Source of the DNA: Podospora anserina
Taxonomy: Eukaryota
Direction: 5' to 3'
NCBI GenBank assembly: GCA_017654855.1
Contig: JAFMPO010000001.1
Location: 682,001-746,000, forward strand
DNA length: 64,000 nt
A program made the position numbers and the translations under genes. Below the pieces are notes generated by a model. It was not told where the DNA came from and did not search any database. It saw nothing but the letters and a program-made list of their open reading frames with translations. Below, in pieces: positions 35,930-48,374 of this stretch (its first letter is position 1; the number at the start of each line of letters is the position of its first letter).

Positions 35930-37170
35930 TTGGGTAGGATTGTGGTGAATGACCATGTATGTGTGTGCTTTTTGCAAGGGGCGATGTGCTTTTTGAGAGA
36001 GAAAGATGGTGATTTGGTGGGACATACTTTGACTGAATATGGATTGGAATTTTTTATTTTATTTTATTTTTTGATTATTTATCCGTGTGCTTTTACTGGT
36101 TTGTCATCTGTTTGTTGTGTTTTTGTCAAGTTAAGGGCGGCGGTGGGTATATGTTATCTCGCATTAGGGGTTCAAGGAGCGGGGGGGGAAGTGGAATGGG
36201 AAAGAAAGCTTGGTTATTTATCACTTATAACTTGAGACCGAATTTTTTTTCCTTTTTTCTTTTTTTCACGCGCTTGTCTGTTCTAGGAAAACTCTTCTCT
36301 GGCTTTTGGATTTGTTTTTGGATGCGTGTACGAAAACAAAGGTTACGGACTTTGGTTAGGTAAGTAGGGTATGAAGGGCAGGTTTCATGTGATCCACATG
36401 TTTGTTTTCATGATGTTCTATATGACGGTGCTCTTTAAATGGGCAAGGCTGTGGTCGATGTGGTTATTGGTTTCATGGGAGGGCATTTGTTCTTGAAACC
36501 CGGTTTTCTTTGTGGTTTGGCAATTACCATCTACATGGTTGGGGAAATAAAAATGAACGTGGTGGAAGTAATGAATGGCCACCTTCAAGAAGAGTTCGAT
36601 ACCGGGGGCTGTGGCCTGTGTTTACGTGGTGAAACATTAGGTTGAAGCTGGCTGTTCGAAAATATTTATAGGAAATTTGGGGCGGGGGTTGGGCAAGCAG
36701 GGAAAATGACAGAGTCAATGACCAAGGGCAAATTGTGGTAGGGTGTGATGAAAACTGACGTTGGTTTTAAACACACTTCTTTCAGCACAAGAGCCAGTCC
36801 TGTCGATGAGGTTTTGTATGGGGCTTTATTTCCTGTTTCTCGCTGGAACATGTATTTTTGTTTCTCTTGAACTGTGTAGGTAGGTAAAGTTACACTCCAC
36901 GTGTACAAACCTCGTCTTGCTTGTTGCTGCTTTGTCAAGGTACATGATGGCTTGCCGAATGCGGCCAGGATAGGTTGGTAAGGTATGTTCGACCTTTGAA
37001 TTCCAGTACCAAGTGCATCAACGAGAATCCGGTCTTTGTTTCAGCATGCTGCTAGATAAACCCAGACGAGTAAGTCCACCAAGCTACCGTGTTGCACCTG
37101 CAAAGAGCTCGACAAAGTTTCCACAAAACCAACATCCTGAAATCCAAACCACTTAGCCAGGGCAGCAAAT

Positions 37171-39431
37171 ATGCCACCGGAAAGATCACCGAGGCCCAGC
37201 AATGCTGGCGTAACTAAAGTTCCTGCTGGCCCCAGTAATACTGGTGCCTCTGGTAACACCATTGTGTACGCTCTCCAGAGGTTGACAAGAAGGCAAGAAA
37301 GAGAACTTGCCGACAGATTAGCAGGCACGATCAACGTCCAGCACGCTCCTGTTAGAGAGGATCACACTCGCCCTCAAACCCTTGAAGAAGCGACCTACAG
37401 GAACGTCGCGCTCTTCTTGCCGATCGAGTATTGGCCAAACCAAAGAAATGTCGAATCAGCAGCTCACAGAATGCGCGCCGCCCTAACGAGCAATCAAGCG
37501 TTTAGATTTCAGAATCTCGGGGACCCGCTAAGGCAGCATTGGTACGCAGATGAGGAATCGGGACGAACAGTACAGCAGATGTACAAGGGGTGGAGTGACC
37601 AGTTTGATGAGAAGCTTAGACAGACACACCAAAACATCCGGGCAGTAGCCAACGAACTCGGCATGACTGACGAGGATAGCCAAAACAAGGTGTGGAAGAG
37701 AATGGAGAACATCTTTGGTGACGCCGCGAAGATCAAAAGGCTCGAAAAGGAACTCGCCTCGGCGAAGGAGCTTGTTGAGAGTTACCACACTCAGTACAAC
37801 TTTCTAGATCCAAAAATCGAGTCCAACGCTAGGAAGATAGAACGACTTCAGACGGACGTCAAAGCCAAGGACACGCTCATCAGCAAGGCGGATGCAGAGA
37901 GCGACAAGTACAGGGTTGACTATCGTCTTCGCATGCTCCTCCAGCATTGGGGAATCACGAATGGGGATCACCTGGACCCAACCCGGTGGCAAAAGTATGA
38001 CAATGCGAACCGCTTTGCCGCGGAGTTTCAGGAATATCTCGACGACGTGCTGAATGGCATACCGACATCTAGCGGCAACCTCCTGGTGCAGGTCAGGCCG
38101 CCCATCGGTGTCAAGCAGCTGATGCGTGTGGCCTCGGTACACCGAACCGTCCACGGGGTCGACCTTCTGGCCGACTGCCGAGTTGTAGCTCTGCGACTTG
38201 TTTCGGCTCGACATGATGAGGCAAACACCACCGAGGTGGGCCTGTTGCCCAAGGACCTTGAAGGTCGTTCAGAGGGCGAGACGTTGAGCCAGGTCTATGT
38301 TCCTCCTCCGCCCCCTCCAACCGTATCAGCGGTGACGACTGGCATGGCACAGTTGACGACCTCTAGCCAAAGAGCCCAGCTCACGGAAGAGCAGCGAGAA
38401 GAGAGGGCCCGGGCGATCAAGATGGAAGCCCAGTTCTTGGTCGAGCCTGGAGCGACAAACGAGGAGCGTACCTGGCAAGCGCTGTTCGACGGGACAGTCC
38501 TTCAACTATACAACCTGGACGCCATCGCCTGCGAGCATATTCGTAAGTACCCATCTGTGCCGGGGAAAAGCTGATGACTGACAAATAAACCCACCTCCCC
38601 AACAGTCGTAGCCTTGACCGGACGCAAATCGCTCACCAGTCGACAGTTGGAGGAACGCAACATACTCCAGAGCCATGTCGACTTCATTAACAAATGGGCT
38701 TCCATCATGGAGATGGTGCACCTCTACGCCAAGAAGGCCCAGCTCCGTCCAGGCTCGTGGAAGCTGTGGGGCGGGCACTGGTTCAGAATCCGAAACAGGA
38801 TGACGGAGCAATGTTTCGGCGCCCACGATACTCTCGCACCCGGCCAGAGCCCTTGGTCGAGAAGGACCAAGCGCGGCCTCTTTCACGACTACGTCGGCCT
38901 GTTTGGACAGACGTGCAAGCTCTTCAATCAGCCGGCCTTGCAAACCGAAGAGTCGTTCAAGAAAGAGCTGCACCGGCTCGACATGGAACGCTGGAACCTC
39001 TACCGGTATGCCATTCAGACATGGACCCATGGCGACGCCAGGGGCGGGATCAACGACAACGGCCAGTACCGCGGTAATCCGCCAAAGCCCACGCACCCCA
39101 AGAAGGCCAACATATGGGCGGAATGGAACTGGATCTATGAGACCGATCAGTGGAAGTATGCGCCACGGCTAGACCCCAAACAGCCTCCTGGAGCTCGTAA
39201 GTGTTGGCAAGTCTCTGGTGGACTTCGATGCTAACAGCACCTCTAGCCGCCCTTTGGGACCCCCTCATTGGAACAGAACCCTTCAAAGACTTCAGCCCTT
39301 ATGGTCCTGTCAGACTCGCGATCAGGTTCGAGGAGCATAACAACCCCCACGCGAATACGTGGGGGATCGTCAATAAAAAGAAGCACCCACCAGGATGGGA
39401 TTTACAGAAAGCGAGGCTTGGGGTCTTTTGA
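37171..39431 (+). CDS. Hypothetical protein (orphan-like, coiled coil plus Trp-rich C-terminus); exons 37171-38542, 38606-39196, 39247-39431 (~715 aa)
   Basis: Three consecutive ORFs joined in frame by two canonical phase-1 introns (GTAAGT..CTGAC..CAG and GTAAGT..GCTAAC..TAG). No recognised domain. Confidence 0.75.
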
Positions 39432-39780
39432 ATCCTCCACCAAAGAAAACGAAGTTCGTTACATATTCTACAACCTGAAAACTAAAATAAAATTATCTAA
39501 AGTGTTTTCATATGAATACGGACAAGCAGGCAAAGAAACAGCCAAGCGCTCTTATAGCGCCCCACTGTGAAACAGGAGAAGTAATCCGACTGAAGAGAAG
39601 GGCGAAGTCATGGATAAAAAGAAAAAGGTCAACACACCGAATACACAACTAACTCCCATGCCGTGGTCAAGGAACCCCTCAACCTCCACGCACGCTTTTC
39701 CTGTATAAAACAAACTCTCTTGCAATGTTTATTCCAGACCTGATGTGTGGTATTGAAGAAAGACCAACATCTCCCGACAA

Positions 39781-42700
39781 CTATCTGTTCTCCATCTTTT
39801 TGATCAGATTCCTAACCGGCGAGTTTTTCACAGCAGGCGTTCCCACCCTCCCAGCGACGGGTGGAGGCGGTGACGATACGGGCGTCTGGGGTGGCCCCGG
39901 CGAAAAGGGAATTGCCCCGGTGCTACTAAAGACGGGCAAATCTCCTCTCTTCATCGGGGCCATGGTCGACACGGGAGTGGCCACGTTGGGAGGCAGCCAC
40001 TGCAGTGGTTGCTGTTGCTGTTGAACATTCGACTCAGGGGTAGGGCCATCAGGATGATAATGGACGAACATATCCATCGGGGTTGGAGTTGAGGTAGTCC
40101 TGTGGGGCGAAACTCCACGAACGGGACTCGAGAAGGTGGGAGTGACAGAACTCATAGCGGAGTTGGAAAAGGTTTCAGAAGCCGGGTAAAGCGGAGATGC
40201 TGGCGATTCTGAAGGTTGATAATGGCCTGGTGATGATAAGGCAGGCAGAGGGTAGTTCTCTGCGGCTGACGCAGGGGGGCTCGAGACAAAGGTGGACTCA
40301 GTGTCGGATGGGGTGGCGGGAACCGTCTGGTTTTCCGGTGGTTGAACTGAGAGGAGAGGTTTATTTTCGTTCGGCTCGGTAGGCACCGTCACAGAGATGG
40401 TATCTGTTGCGGCAAGTTTGGCTTGCGCATTTCGTTCCCGTTCCCGAGCGTCACGCACCGCCTTGGACACAACAGTGATCTTAATCTTCTTCATGTCTTT
40501 CGCCAGCTTATCGACTTCGTCACCACCCTCGCCACCGGACTTTGGAAGTTCGGGTGCTGCCACAGCGGGGGCACCAACATGTTTCTTGGAAACTCTTGGG
40601 GCTCTGGGAACAGGCTCCTTCTTGGCTGGGGCCCGAATTTTTCTCACATTGATTCCGGAAGCATTGGTCCGAACACTTGCGACAGAATCAGATCTGACAT
40701 GCTCCAACCTCGAGCCGGCACGTATCGGTGCTGTAGGAAGTGGCGGTGCCGAGTCCACAGTCTCCGACACCGCTGTCGACGCCGTTGTCGACGCAGTACT
40801 AAGTCGCCGACTGGGGGGTGGTCTTTTCTTCTCCGTAGCAAGCACTGCTGGTCCGGCGACTGTTTTTCGTCGTGATTTGCGATCATCGTCCTCGTCTTCC
40901 AAGTACGTCGGCCTAGTTTTACGCTCTCTTAACGACATTCTGGTGGGTGCTCGTTCTACAATCACCGGAGGAGGAACGTCAACCGGCATAGTCTGTGGAT
41001 CTGCATCTTCTGCACCTTGAGCCAAGGCAAACTGACGTTCGCGCCGGGCTCGAGTTGCCTCTGCGCCAAGCTCCTCATGAGTGCAGCTGTCCGTCTGTCG
41101 TCCTGATGGGATCAGCAATCTGCTTAGTTCGAGAGCTGCTGTGGTCCACGCAACGTCAGGTGGAGGAGGTGTAGGCGCCCTGTAACTATGGCCGTGGCTG
41201 TTTGGTACGCCGAAACCTGACACACTGCGGCGAGTATTCTTTGGAGGCACAGCTGCTCTAGCTGCTGATGCTTGTGTTGGCGAAGAGTAGGTGGGCGGAA
41301 TGACATTTCGAGGCTTCCTGATCTCAACCGAGGGGGCACTGATGGCGGCTTCGAGTGCTTCAAGCTCTGGAACAGACCACCACGATGGGTCATACTGACG
41401 GGCTCGGTCCTCTTTTGGTGGGTTTCCTTTCACAGCCTCTACTGTGCCCAGCTTCTGGCCCATCTCGTAACCAAGTCCAGAGGGAGCTACCTCCTGCTTG
41501 GCGCGGGGACCATCGCCAGCGAGACCACATATGTGGCTCAGTACCCCCGAGCACAAAGCCCGATCGCTGTAACCGCCTTCCAGAACGCTGATAACCCGCC
41601 CCTCCACACTTGTGCCCTCTTCGGCAGCAATCTTGACGACGTCTCTGGTTAGTCGGGCATAGAATTCAGTCGGGACATTGACGTTGTGCCGTTGCATGCC
41701 GGGGCTTTCCCACTCGCTGGCGTCAAAACCGGCAGACAAAAAGATGGCGGCTCTTGAATTCACCCCCTGAGCACGTAGTTTCTCGGTCTGGACCCTCAAG
41801 TACTCCCGAGTCTTGTCTAGCAAGATCGAGTATTTGGACTCGTACAATGCCCAAAAGTCGGTCTCTGTCTTCCATGGCTGCAGATGAACATTCCAGATAC
41901 TCTGGCCGTGCGCGTTGTCGATGCATATGCTGGCGTTCCTAACCTTGTCTTCATCGCCCATCTCGCACGGGTAAGAGTTGATGTCGTGCAAACTAAAGTA
42001 CCCAATCGATGTTTTCTTCCACCAGGCTGCATTCTTACCCAGCCCAGCGGACCTCGCATTATGTAGCCAGGCAATGGACTGGGAGCCATCGCCGTGATGA
42101 AGGTCGAAATCGATGATCGCCGCGTGGGTCAGACCGTGGCTGAGGATGGCGTGCATGATACCGACATGAACATTGTTTATCCAGCAGAACCCTGACGGAT
42201 AGGAGCCAGAGCAATGGTGACCAGGCGGTCGGATGGCAACAAAGGCCCGCTGTGGCCCCTGGGGACGAAACACGGCATCGACCGCATCACATACACCCCC
42301 CAATGCTCCCTCGAGAGCCTCCAAGGTTTCTGCGCAGAGATATAGATCCCCCTCATGAAGCTTTTGAGGAGCGCCCGTGTTGGCCCCGCGGTCGATATCT
42401 GGTCGCTGGAGCTCTTTTCCGTTGACGGCCAGCTTCGATTCGGCCGTCTCACACATGATCTTGAGCTCTTCCATCCATTTCGTACCGTGGACATTGGTCA
42501 CCGTCTGGGAGGTTAGCGGAAGTCGCCTGTCGCTTTTTTGTATTCGAAAAGGTATTGTGGGCAGCTGCGCCGGGTTGGCCTTTGGGGCAATTGGAAAGTC
42601 CCCATCCTGATGTCGTTCGCCCAGCCGGACATATGCGGCCGATACACCCAGGACACAGGCCTTAACCCTCTCTGGTCGTTCGACAATGGTGCTGAGCTGC

Positions 42701-43341
42701 GCTTTCGAGGTTTTTGGTCGCGAGAATCTGTGACCGTAGCAGGCATCCTGAAGAATGACAACCGTCTCGGCCGGGCGGTTCCAGTCCGGCCCATGGAGAG
42801 CATCTAGCTCGGCTTTGAAGTGGGCATTCGCGACGGCTTGCGGGGTCAGGATGGGCTTCTCTGGAAATTCGGGCGACATGCTTCTCAGTGGTGATCTGGC
42901 GGACCTCGATGGGGTTGGAGAGAGGATGCTGGCGGAGCTTGCTCGGCGGAGTGGCGTTACACCGTTGACCGAGCGGAGCGAGTTCGTCGAGGCTTTTCTT
43001 AGTAGGGCGGGAGTGCCAGCCCTGGATGGTGATCTGACGGAGGAAGAGTTGGACAGCGGACTGCGCATGGCACTGCTTGGTCGACGCGGGGAGATCTCAG
43101 AAGGATAATCATACGAGGAGGTGGGCTTGAGGGGGCTAGGCCGAGGGGCGCGGGGCTGCCTTGCCGGTGATGAGGTGGTTGATATGGTCAGGTGTTGGAG
43201 CGACTGGGTCAAGTCGCCCTCTCTGGGACTCTTTGAGCCATCTTTGTTGCTTGCGGGCCTGTCTTGCTGGAGGTCAACTTGAGGTTGGGAGGTCCTCTTT
43301 GGACGAGAGGACAACTCAGACAACGACGCCGGCGACGCCAT
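39781..43341 (-). CDS. HOS3: Hos3/HosB-type fungal histone deacetylase
   Basis: IVERPER, DLYLC, AFVAIRPPGHH, GFCWINNVHV, DFDLHHGDGSQ, SLHDINSYPCE, SAGFDASEWE, VLEGGYSDRAL. First ATG is MASPASL at 43341. Confidence 0.95.
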   Translation of the reverse strand: MASPASLSELSSRPKRTSQPQVDLQQDRPASNKDGSKSPREGDLTQSLQHLTISTTSSPARQPRAPRPSPLKPTSSYDYPSEISPRRPSSAMRSPLSNSSSVRSPSRAGTPALLRKASTNSLRSVNGVTPLRRASSASILSPTPSRSARSPLRSMSPEFPEKPILTPQAVANAHFKAELDALHGPDWNRPAETVVILQDACYGHRFSRPKTSKAQLSTIVERPERVKACVLGVSAAYVRLGERHQDGDFPIAPKANPAQLPTIPFRIQKSDRRLPLTSQTVTNVHGTKWMEELKIMCETAESKLAVNGKELQRPDIDRGANTGAPQKLHEGDLYLCAETLEALEGALGGVCDAVDAVFRPQGPQRAFVAIRPPGHHCSGSYPSGFCWINNVHVGIMHAILSHGLTHAAIIDFDLHHGDGSQSIAWLHNARSAGLGKNAAWWKKTSIGYFSLHDINSYPCEMGDEDKVRNASICIDNAHGQSIWNVHLQPWKTETDFWALYESKYSILLDKTREYLRVQTEKLRAQGVNSRAAIFLSAGFDASEWESPGMQRHNVNVPTEFYARLTRDVVKIAAEEGTSVEGRVISVLEGGYSDRALCSGVLSHICGLAGDGPRAKQEVAPSGLGYEMGQKLGTVEAVKGNPPKEDRARQYDPSWWSVPELEALEAAISAPSVEIRKPRNVIPPTYSSPTQASAARAAVPPKNTRRSVSGFGVPNSHGHSYRAPTPPPPDVAWTTAALELSRLLIPSGRQTDSCTHEELGAEATRARRERQFALAQGAEDADPQTMPVDVPPPVIVERAPTRMSLRERKTRPTYLEDEDDDRKSRRKTVAGPAVLATEKKRPPPSRRLSTASTTASTAVSETVDSAPPLPTAPIRAGSRLEHVRSDSVASVRTNASGINVRKIRAPAKKEPVPRAPRVSKKHVGAPAVAAPELPKSGGEGGDEVDKLAKDMKKIKITVVSKAVRDARERERNAQAKLAATDTISVTVPTEPNENKPLLSVQPPENQTVPATPSDTESTFVSSPPASAAENYPLPALSSPGHYQPSESPASPLYPASETFSNSAMSSVTPTFSSPVRGVSPHRTTSTPTPMDMFVHYHPDGPTPESNVQQQQQPLQWLPPNVATPVSTMAPMKRGDLPVFSSTGAIPFSPGPPQTPVSSPPPPVAGRVGTPAVKNSPVRNLIKKMENR

Positions 43342-43574
43342 TATGAATGAGGTCGGTGTTGATGCAGCTGCTGCATGGGGCACAAAGCCGTCTTTCTCGT
43401 TTTGAAGGCCAGGAAAAAGCCAAAAAGTGATTTATTCCGTCCGATGTCTCGAACAGCAGCTGGCATGAAGTCATTGGTCTATGCTTGTGGTGGACAGCTG
43501 TAAATTGGCTCCAATTTGGCCTCCCTGTGCCCCCCACAAGCTCCTGGACTTGGCGCAACAATCCAGACCGCGTC

Positions 43575-43612
43575 ACGCGTCAGGACGTCATAGCAATGCC
43601 TGTTCACGTGAC
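43575..43612. promoter_or_regulatory. Candidate MCB (ACGCGT) and E-box (TCACGTGAC) sites upstream of HOS3
   Basis: ACGCGT at 43575, GACGTCA at about 43584 and TCACGTGAC at 43604, clustered about 250 bp upstream of the ATG. Confidence 0.35.
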
Positions 43613-44453
43613 AGGGAGCTTTAGGCATTCTTGGTAGTGTGAATTGCATCTCCTGTAACCTCCAAAGTCCGTCGGTGGAGGTTTTCAGAAAGTTATCCGA
43701 CACCGCCTCGAATCTGTTGTCTCCTGTCGATATCTCTCCATCCATATTCACATCTGTGGACAAGGGCTCCCTGCCGATGGAGCACCCGACCTTTTGGATC
43801 ACTAGGTCATCGCTGCTTTGACCAAGCTTCTGGAAGCATGCATGAGCAAGTGCCGGCATCAACAGGTGGGTACTGAAGCACTGTTAGCAAGAACAGCGCA
43901 TCACCGGCACAGATTGGCGAGGGGCACAAGTACTTTGAGCATGAGTATTTCTCTCATTCGAGGTGGACAGTTGAAGGATCTCCATAAGGCTATATTTCTG
44001 TCCGCATTTCCCTGCACGTTCTACAAGCAAGCACTAAGGAGTATTGATTGATGAGATGCCAAGAATATTGAATGCAGACGCGGGGTAGCTACACTTCATT
44101 GTCGTCACCCCTTCCCGTGAAGCCCAATCATATGCTTCCACAGCCTTCAGGCCAGGCGTTTTTGTCGCCAGGAGCATGCGGTGGCCTTCCAATGCATTTC
44201 AGCCGCACTCTAACAGAACAAAGAGTCGGTCATGGAAACCCTACCGAGCCCAAACAAAACAGAGGCGCCATGTGGCAGAGGATGAAGAGCTCGGGACTTG
44301 CTCGACGATATTTATTTCAACTGGGCCACAATATGCGAGACCCCAGCCTCGCCCTTGAGATTTCTATAGCTACTTAACTGAAGCTATGTCCTTCTCTCCA
44401 TTGTGCCTGTGACCGTTCTTGGGCACTTCTCGTTGGTTTACCAAGACGACGGA

Positions 44454-45595
44454 ATGATGGTTCGAAAATATCTCCCAGTCATTGCCCTGGTGCAGCCAGG
44501 TGTCGTCACTGCGATACTCGAGCAATATGTCGAGGTAGTCCACACCATCGATGTCCAGGCCATACATGTCAACAATTTTCCACCACCAAATATGACTGTC
44601 CAAGCAATGGCACTACAGGCAGGCGTCACGGCTTGCTCTGTTGCCAATCTTGTGGTCACATCATGTGCCAGCGCTGGTGCTCTCGCTACAACAGCTCCAC
44701 TCGGGGAGATGTTTGACTGCTTATGCTGCTTCTCAGGCACGGCTCTCTACCCGGCATACTCGTCATGTGCATCATATATCTACAATTCAGTGGAGGGGGC
44801 CACTTCGGCCTTTTCAGGTATGTTGGCTGAGGCTTACTGATATGTCACTGGAGGGCCACGGCCACTAATTGCCCCAATCACCAGCAATGTCGGTCATCTG
44901 GGATGGTTGCCTTTCTGTTAGTCCCATCTGTTCCAACCGTCCAACGACCCCAAGGACGACCACGGTCGATGCCAGCACCACCCGAGACGTAGTGACTGCT
45001 GGACCTTCATCCACCCCCAGAGCCTGCGCCTCCTTCGCCAATATTGTACGATCCTGCTCAAGCAAGATCCCCAACTTCACCGCTATCTCGGACAGAGAGC
45101 TGGCAGAGTGCATGTGCTACGACCCTTTCGGCTCATATACGACCGTCGCGGAGGACTACGCGAGCACCTGTGCTGCCTGGGCGACAACAGGCAGGTCGAC
45201 TGATTACAGCAGTAAGCAGAAGCAACCAGTCGTGATATAGCTTTATGAGGTTGAGTCTAACGTCAAAAACAGTCTTTGCGGCGTTTACTACATTCTGTGA
45301 TGACTACCCACCTGGTGGAGCGACCATCAGGGGAAGCAGCGGCGGCGGCAATGATAATGGCGACATCATCCTCACCTCTGCCGGAAGCCGAAGCCTGAGG
45401 GGCAATGGCAATATTGTTGATCTCATCCCGACTGCCTCACCGACTGAACCTCCACCCAATGACGAAGAATCCAACACAACCCCAACGCCTCCACCTTCGC
45501 CCTCTGGACCTTCCGGCGCCATGTCCTTGCGAGATGCAAGATATGGCCTGCTGAGCTGGATCATGCTGGCTTTGTCGGCATATATGCTCTGTTGA
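44454..45595 (+). CDS. Secreted, probably GPI-anchored Cys-rich cell-surface protein; exons 44454-44817, 44885-45211, 45273-45595 (~337 aa)
   Basis: Hydrophobic N-terminus, two Cys-patterned repeats, Ser/Thr/Pro linker, and an SGA omega-like site with hydrophobic tail (YGLLSWIMLALSAYMLC). Introns GTATGT..CTAAT..CAG and GTAAGC..CTAAC..CAG keep the frame. Confidence 0.8.
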
Positions 45596-45907
45596 GAGCA
45601 TGCTGAACACATGACACCGAAGAGCAGATCAACCTCATATGAGAACCGAGTGGACATGGCAAGGTATTTTAGAAGGGTTTTCATAACATCCAATAATCCG
45701 TACCCCTATTATGTACACATGACCCAGTATTTACAACACTAAATACAATATTTGTCCCTATCTATCCTCCTTATCCCCCTCCCCGAATAACCTTCTAAAC
45801 CAGCGCTGTTATATGCCGAAAAAACCGAAGGAAAAAAAACCAGAAGCCAAACAAATGCTAGAACTTGAAGCAACCAAAAAAAAAATAATGCAAAAGAAGG
45901 GAAAGCA

Positions 45908-46651
45908 TCACCCGCAAACCCCAACCACACCTCCAGCACAACCCCCCCAAACCATCGCCTTCGGCACAAGCTCCAGCCCATTATACTCAATCCTCCCATC
46001 GACCCACTTCTCCTTTTCTTCTTCCTCTGCCTCCTCCCGTTCAACCTTTTCCCCTTCACCATCCTCCTCGACCGGCGAAGGAGCAGGCAGCTCATAACAA
46101 AAACTCTCCCTCACCCTCTCCATAATCCCCATAATCTCCTCCTTATCCCCCCTCGGATCAATCAGCTCAATTGCCCTATTTCCCCTATCGCCATCACCGC
46201 TGCTGCTGCTGCTGCTGCTCTCTTGCGCATTAATCACAAGATACCCCTCCTCCAAATTGGGGAACGACTTTAAGAAGGAATATTTGTTGTACACCTCCCA
46301 CTCTCTCCTGATTTCTGAGCTGACATAGTCGACAGCGACTTTGGTGATGAGCTCCAGACAGATGTCGGCTGGCGGGGAGGGGGTGGAGTAGCCTAGCGGA
46401 GAGACAGGACGGGGGTAGTACAGGATGTCGGTGCCGGGGTGGAAGTAGGTGTTTATCTGGGGGAGGAGGATCAAGGAGCGGAGGGATTCCTGGCGGGATT
46501 CGTGGCAGACGGAGAGAAGGGTGGGTGGGGGAGTTGGGGAGGTGAAGGACTGGGTGAGGACGACGACGCGAGGGGAAAGGGCGAGGCGCCAGATTTGGAG
46601 GCGGAGTTCGGCTGGGAGAAACGGGAAGAGGTGAAATTCATCGGGGGCCAT
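45908..46651 (-). CDS. 2EXR-domain protein
   Basis: FHLFPFLPAELRLQIW...PRVV...P.LL.VC.ESR.E...YF.P..DILY, matching the fungal 2EXR signature. Confidence 0.85.
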   Translation of the reverse strand: MAPDEFHLFPFLPAELRLQIWRLALSPRVVVLTQSFTSPTPPPTLLSVCHESRQESLRSLILLPQINTYFHPGTDILYYPRPVSPLGYSTPSPPADICLELITKVAVDYVSSEIRREWEVYNKYSFLKSFPNLEEGYLVINAQESSSSSSSGDGDRGNRAIELIDPRGDKEEIMGIMERVRESFCYELPAPSPVEEDGEGEKVEREEAEEEEKEKWVDGRIEYNGLELVPKAMVWGGCAGGVVGVCG

Positions 46652-48374
46652 CCTTGATGCTGTGGTTCAGAAGATGGTGGTGTATAGTATCAGCACAGGA
46701 TATGGCGCAGGTGTGTGAAGCTTCCAGGTTGGGTTCGAAACCAGGCGTGTATGAATCAGTCCAAAGCGGCCGGAGGGATGGCAACCTGGCTTGAGAAAAA
46801 GAACCGATTAAATAGTACACAATTGGACTTGTCGAGATGTCGTGAAGGTATCTCAAAAAAAACATGAGAGCGATGCGAATGAGAGAAATCGTGTCGGGGT
46901 ATCCCCTACAAGAACCTCAAATAGAAACGAACCACGAAACAAAAAATTGACGAGGCCAAGACACAGCTAAGCAATGACCAAATAGATGAACGGCTCTTTT
47001 GTGCCCGTGTTGTATTGTGTTGTCAGGTCAGAGCCGGTCAGGCTGGTCCCGAGGTCAAAACTGTGCTTCCAGTGGAGTATCCTTTTTCGTTGTCTAAAGT
47101 CCGTGGTCATTTGACAGCACTTTTTGACACTTGGATGAAGTCTGAGCACACACACACGACGCAAGCGCAAGGAATAGCCTAGAGTTTTATAGTTCTGGTC
47201 ACAATGCAAACAAGGGAAAGAGTTGGCCAGGTCGGACAACCTGAGAAACAACCATTCCCAAGCTTTCCAGCTCCGATTTGATGTCATTATGCGCCGAGGC
47301 TGGCGCAGCAGAGTCGGTATCGCTGGGCAGCGCGGCTCGGATTTTGCTAGTGGTGAAGAACAGGGAAGGGCCAAGGGGTCATGGGTGCGGGAGCGCTTGT
47401 TCGACGATCTCCCTGAGTTGAACCGAATTTTTTTCTACATGGCGAAGGAAAAATTGGACTCGGGATGCAACATTATAGCCGAAGTAGGAGGGAGTACAAC
47501 AAAGAGGAATAGCCAGATATTGTTGGTGCCCGTCGCCGGCAATGCGTCCCGGCAGGAGAGAGAAATCGCCTGATTTTGGGCCAGAAGGATCTTTGACGTT
47601 GGTCATTTGGGACTTGGGCTCGGGTTGGGGTTAGCTGGGCAGAAGTGGGGCATCAATGGAGAAACCTGAGGGATCCAAACAATCTCCTGGAGTTCCAGGA
47701 AGGTTGCCATATCTTCAACTTGGCCAGAGTTTAAACATCCAGTTCAAGCTTCGGGCGTGGTAGGTCATGTTATCTTCGGGTCCTGCTAGGTTGCGTCCGT
47801 GGTGTTCATTTGACATTTGTGCCTGTTGCCATAGCGGACCGTCCTCCAGAGAAGGAGACAAGGTGGTGAATAGACGATGAATGATAGTTGTGGCATATTG
47901 CTCAATCATGCCATAAGGCTCCAAATTGCGTACCGATATGAGAAAACAAAAGCCACTGTTCCCTGGTTGCGAAATAGGAGGGATTTATGCCGATCTTGTG
48001 GGTTGCGGAAAGGTGCTGGTATCTTTTCTTGGACGTGGCCGTACTGATGGCTTCTTGAATTCAAGACAGGAGATGCATCCATATGGGCCAAGATTACTGA
48101 TAATCTAGACATATGTACATACGGCGATACGTCACAATCACAACAGCTTGGAAGGGCCCAAGAGACAGTCATGGTGGGGCATGGGTTGGAGATCAAATCG
48201 AGGGGTAGCCTTATGGATCCACCTTAACCGTTTGCTCCACTCGACTTTTGGAGAATTTCCAGGCTTGGCAGCGGGTTCAAAGAACGAGGGGCATTTTCAC
48301 GAGCAACAGTCGACAACGGCTCACTTGGCTTTTGGTTGCGGTAACGGACAGGAATGTGGGCAACTGCAAGAAGA

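Noticed and set aside
36744-36760. GTGATGA..CTGA resembling snoRNA C/D boxes
   Set aside because: The boxes are 3 nt apart, with no terminal stem or rRNA-complementary guide recognised.
46700-46745. tRNA-like A-box (TGGCGCAG) and B-box (GGTTCGAAACC)
   Set aside because: The boxes are only about 29 nt apart, and I could not build an acceptor or anticodon stem.
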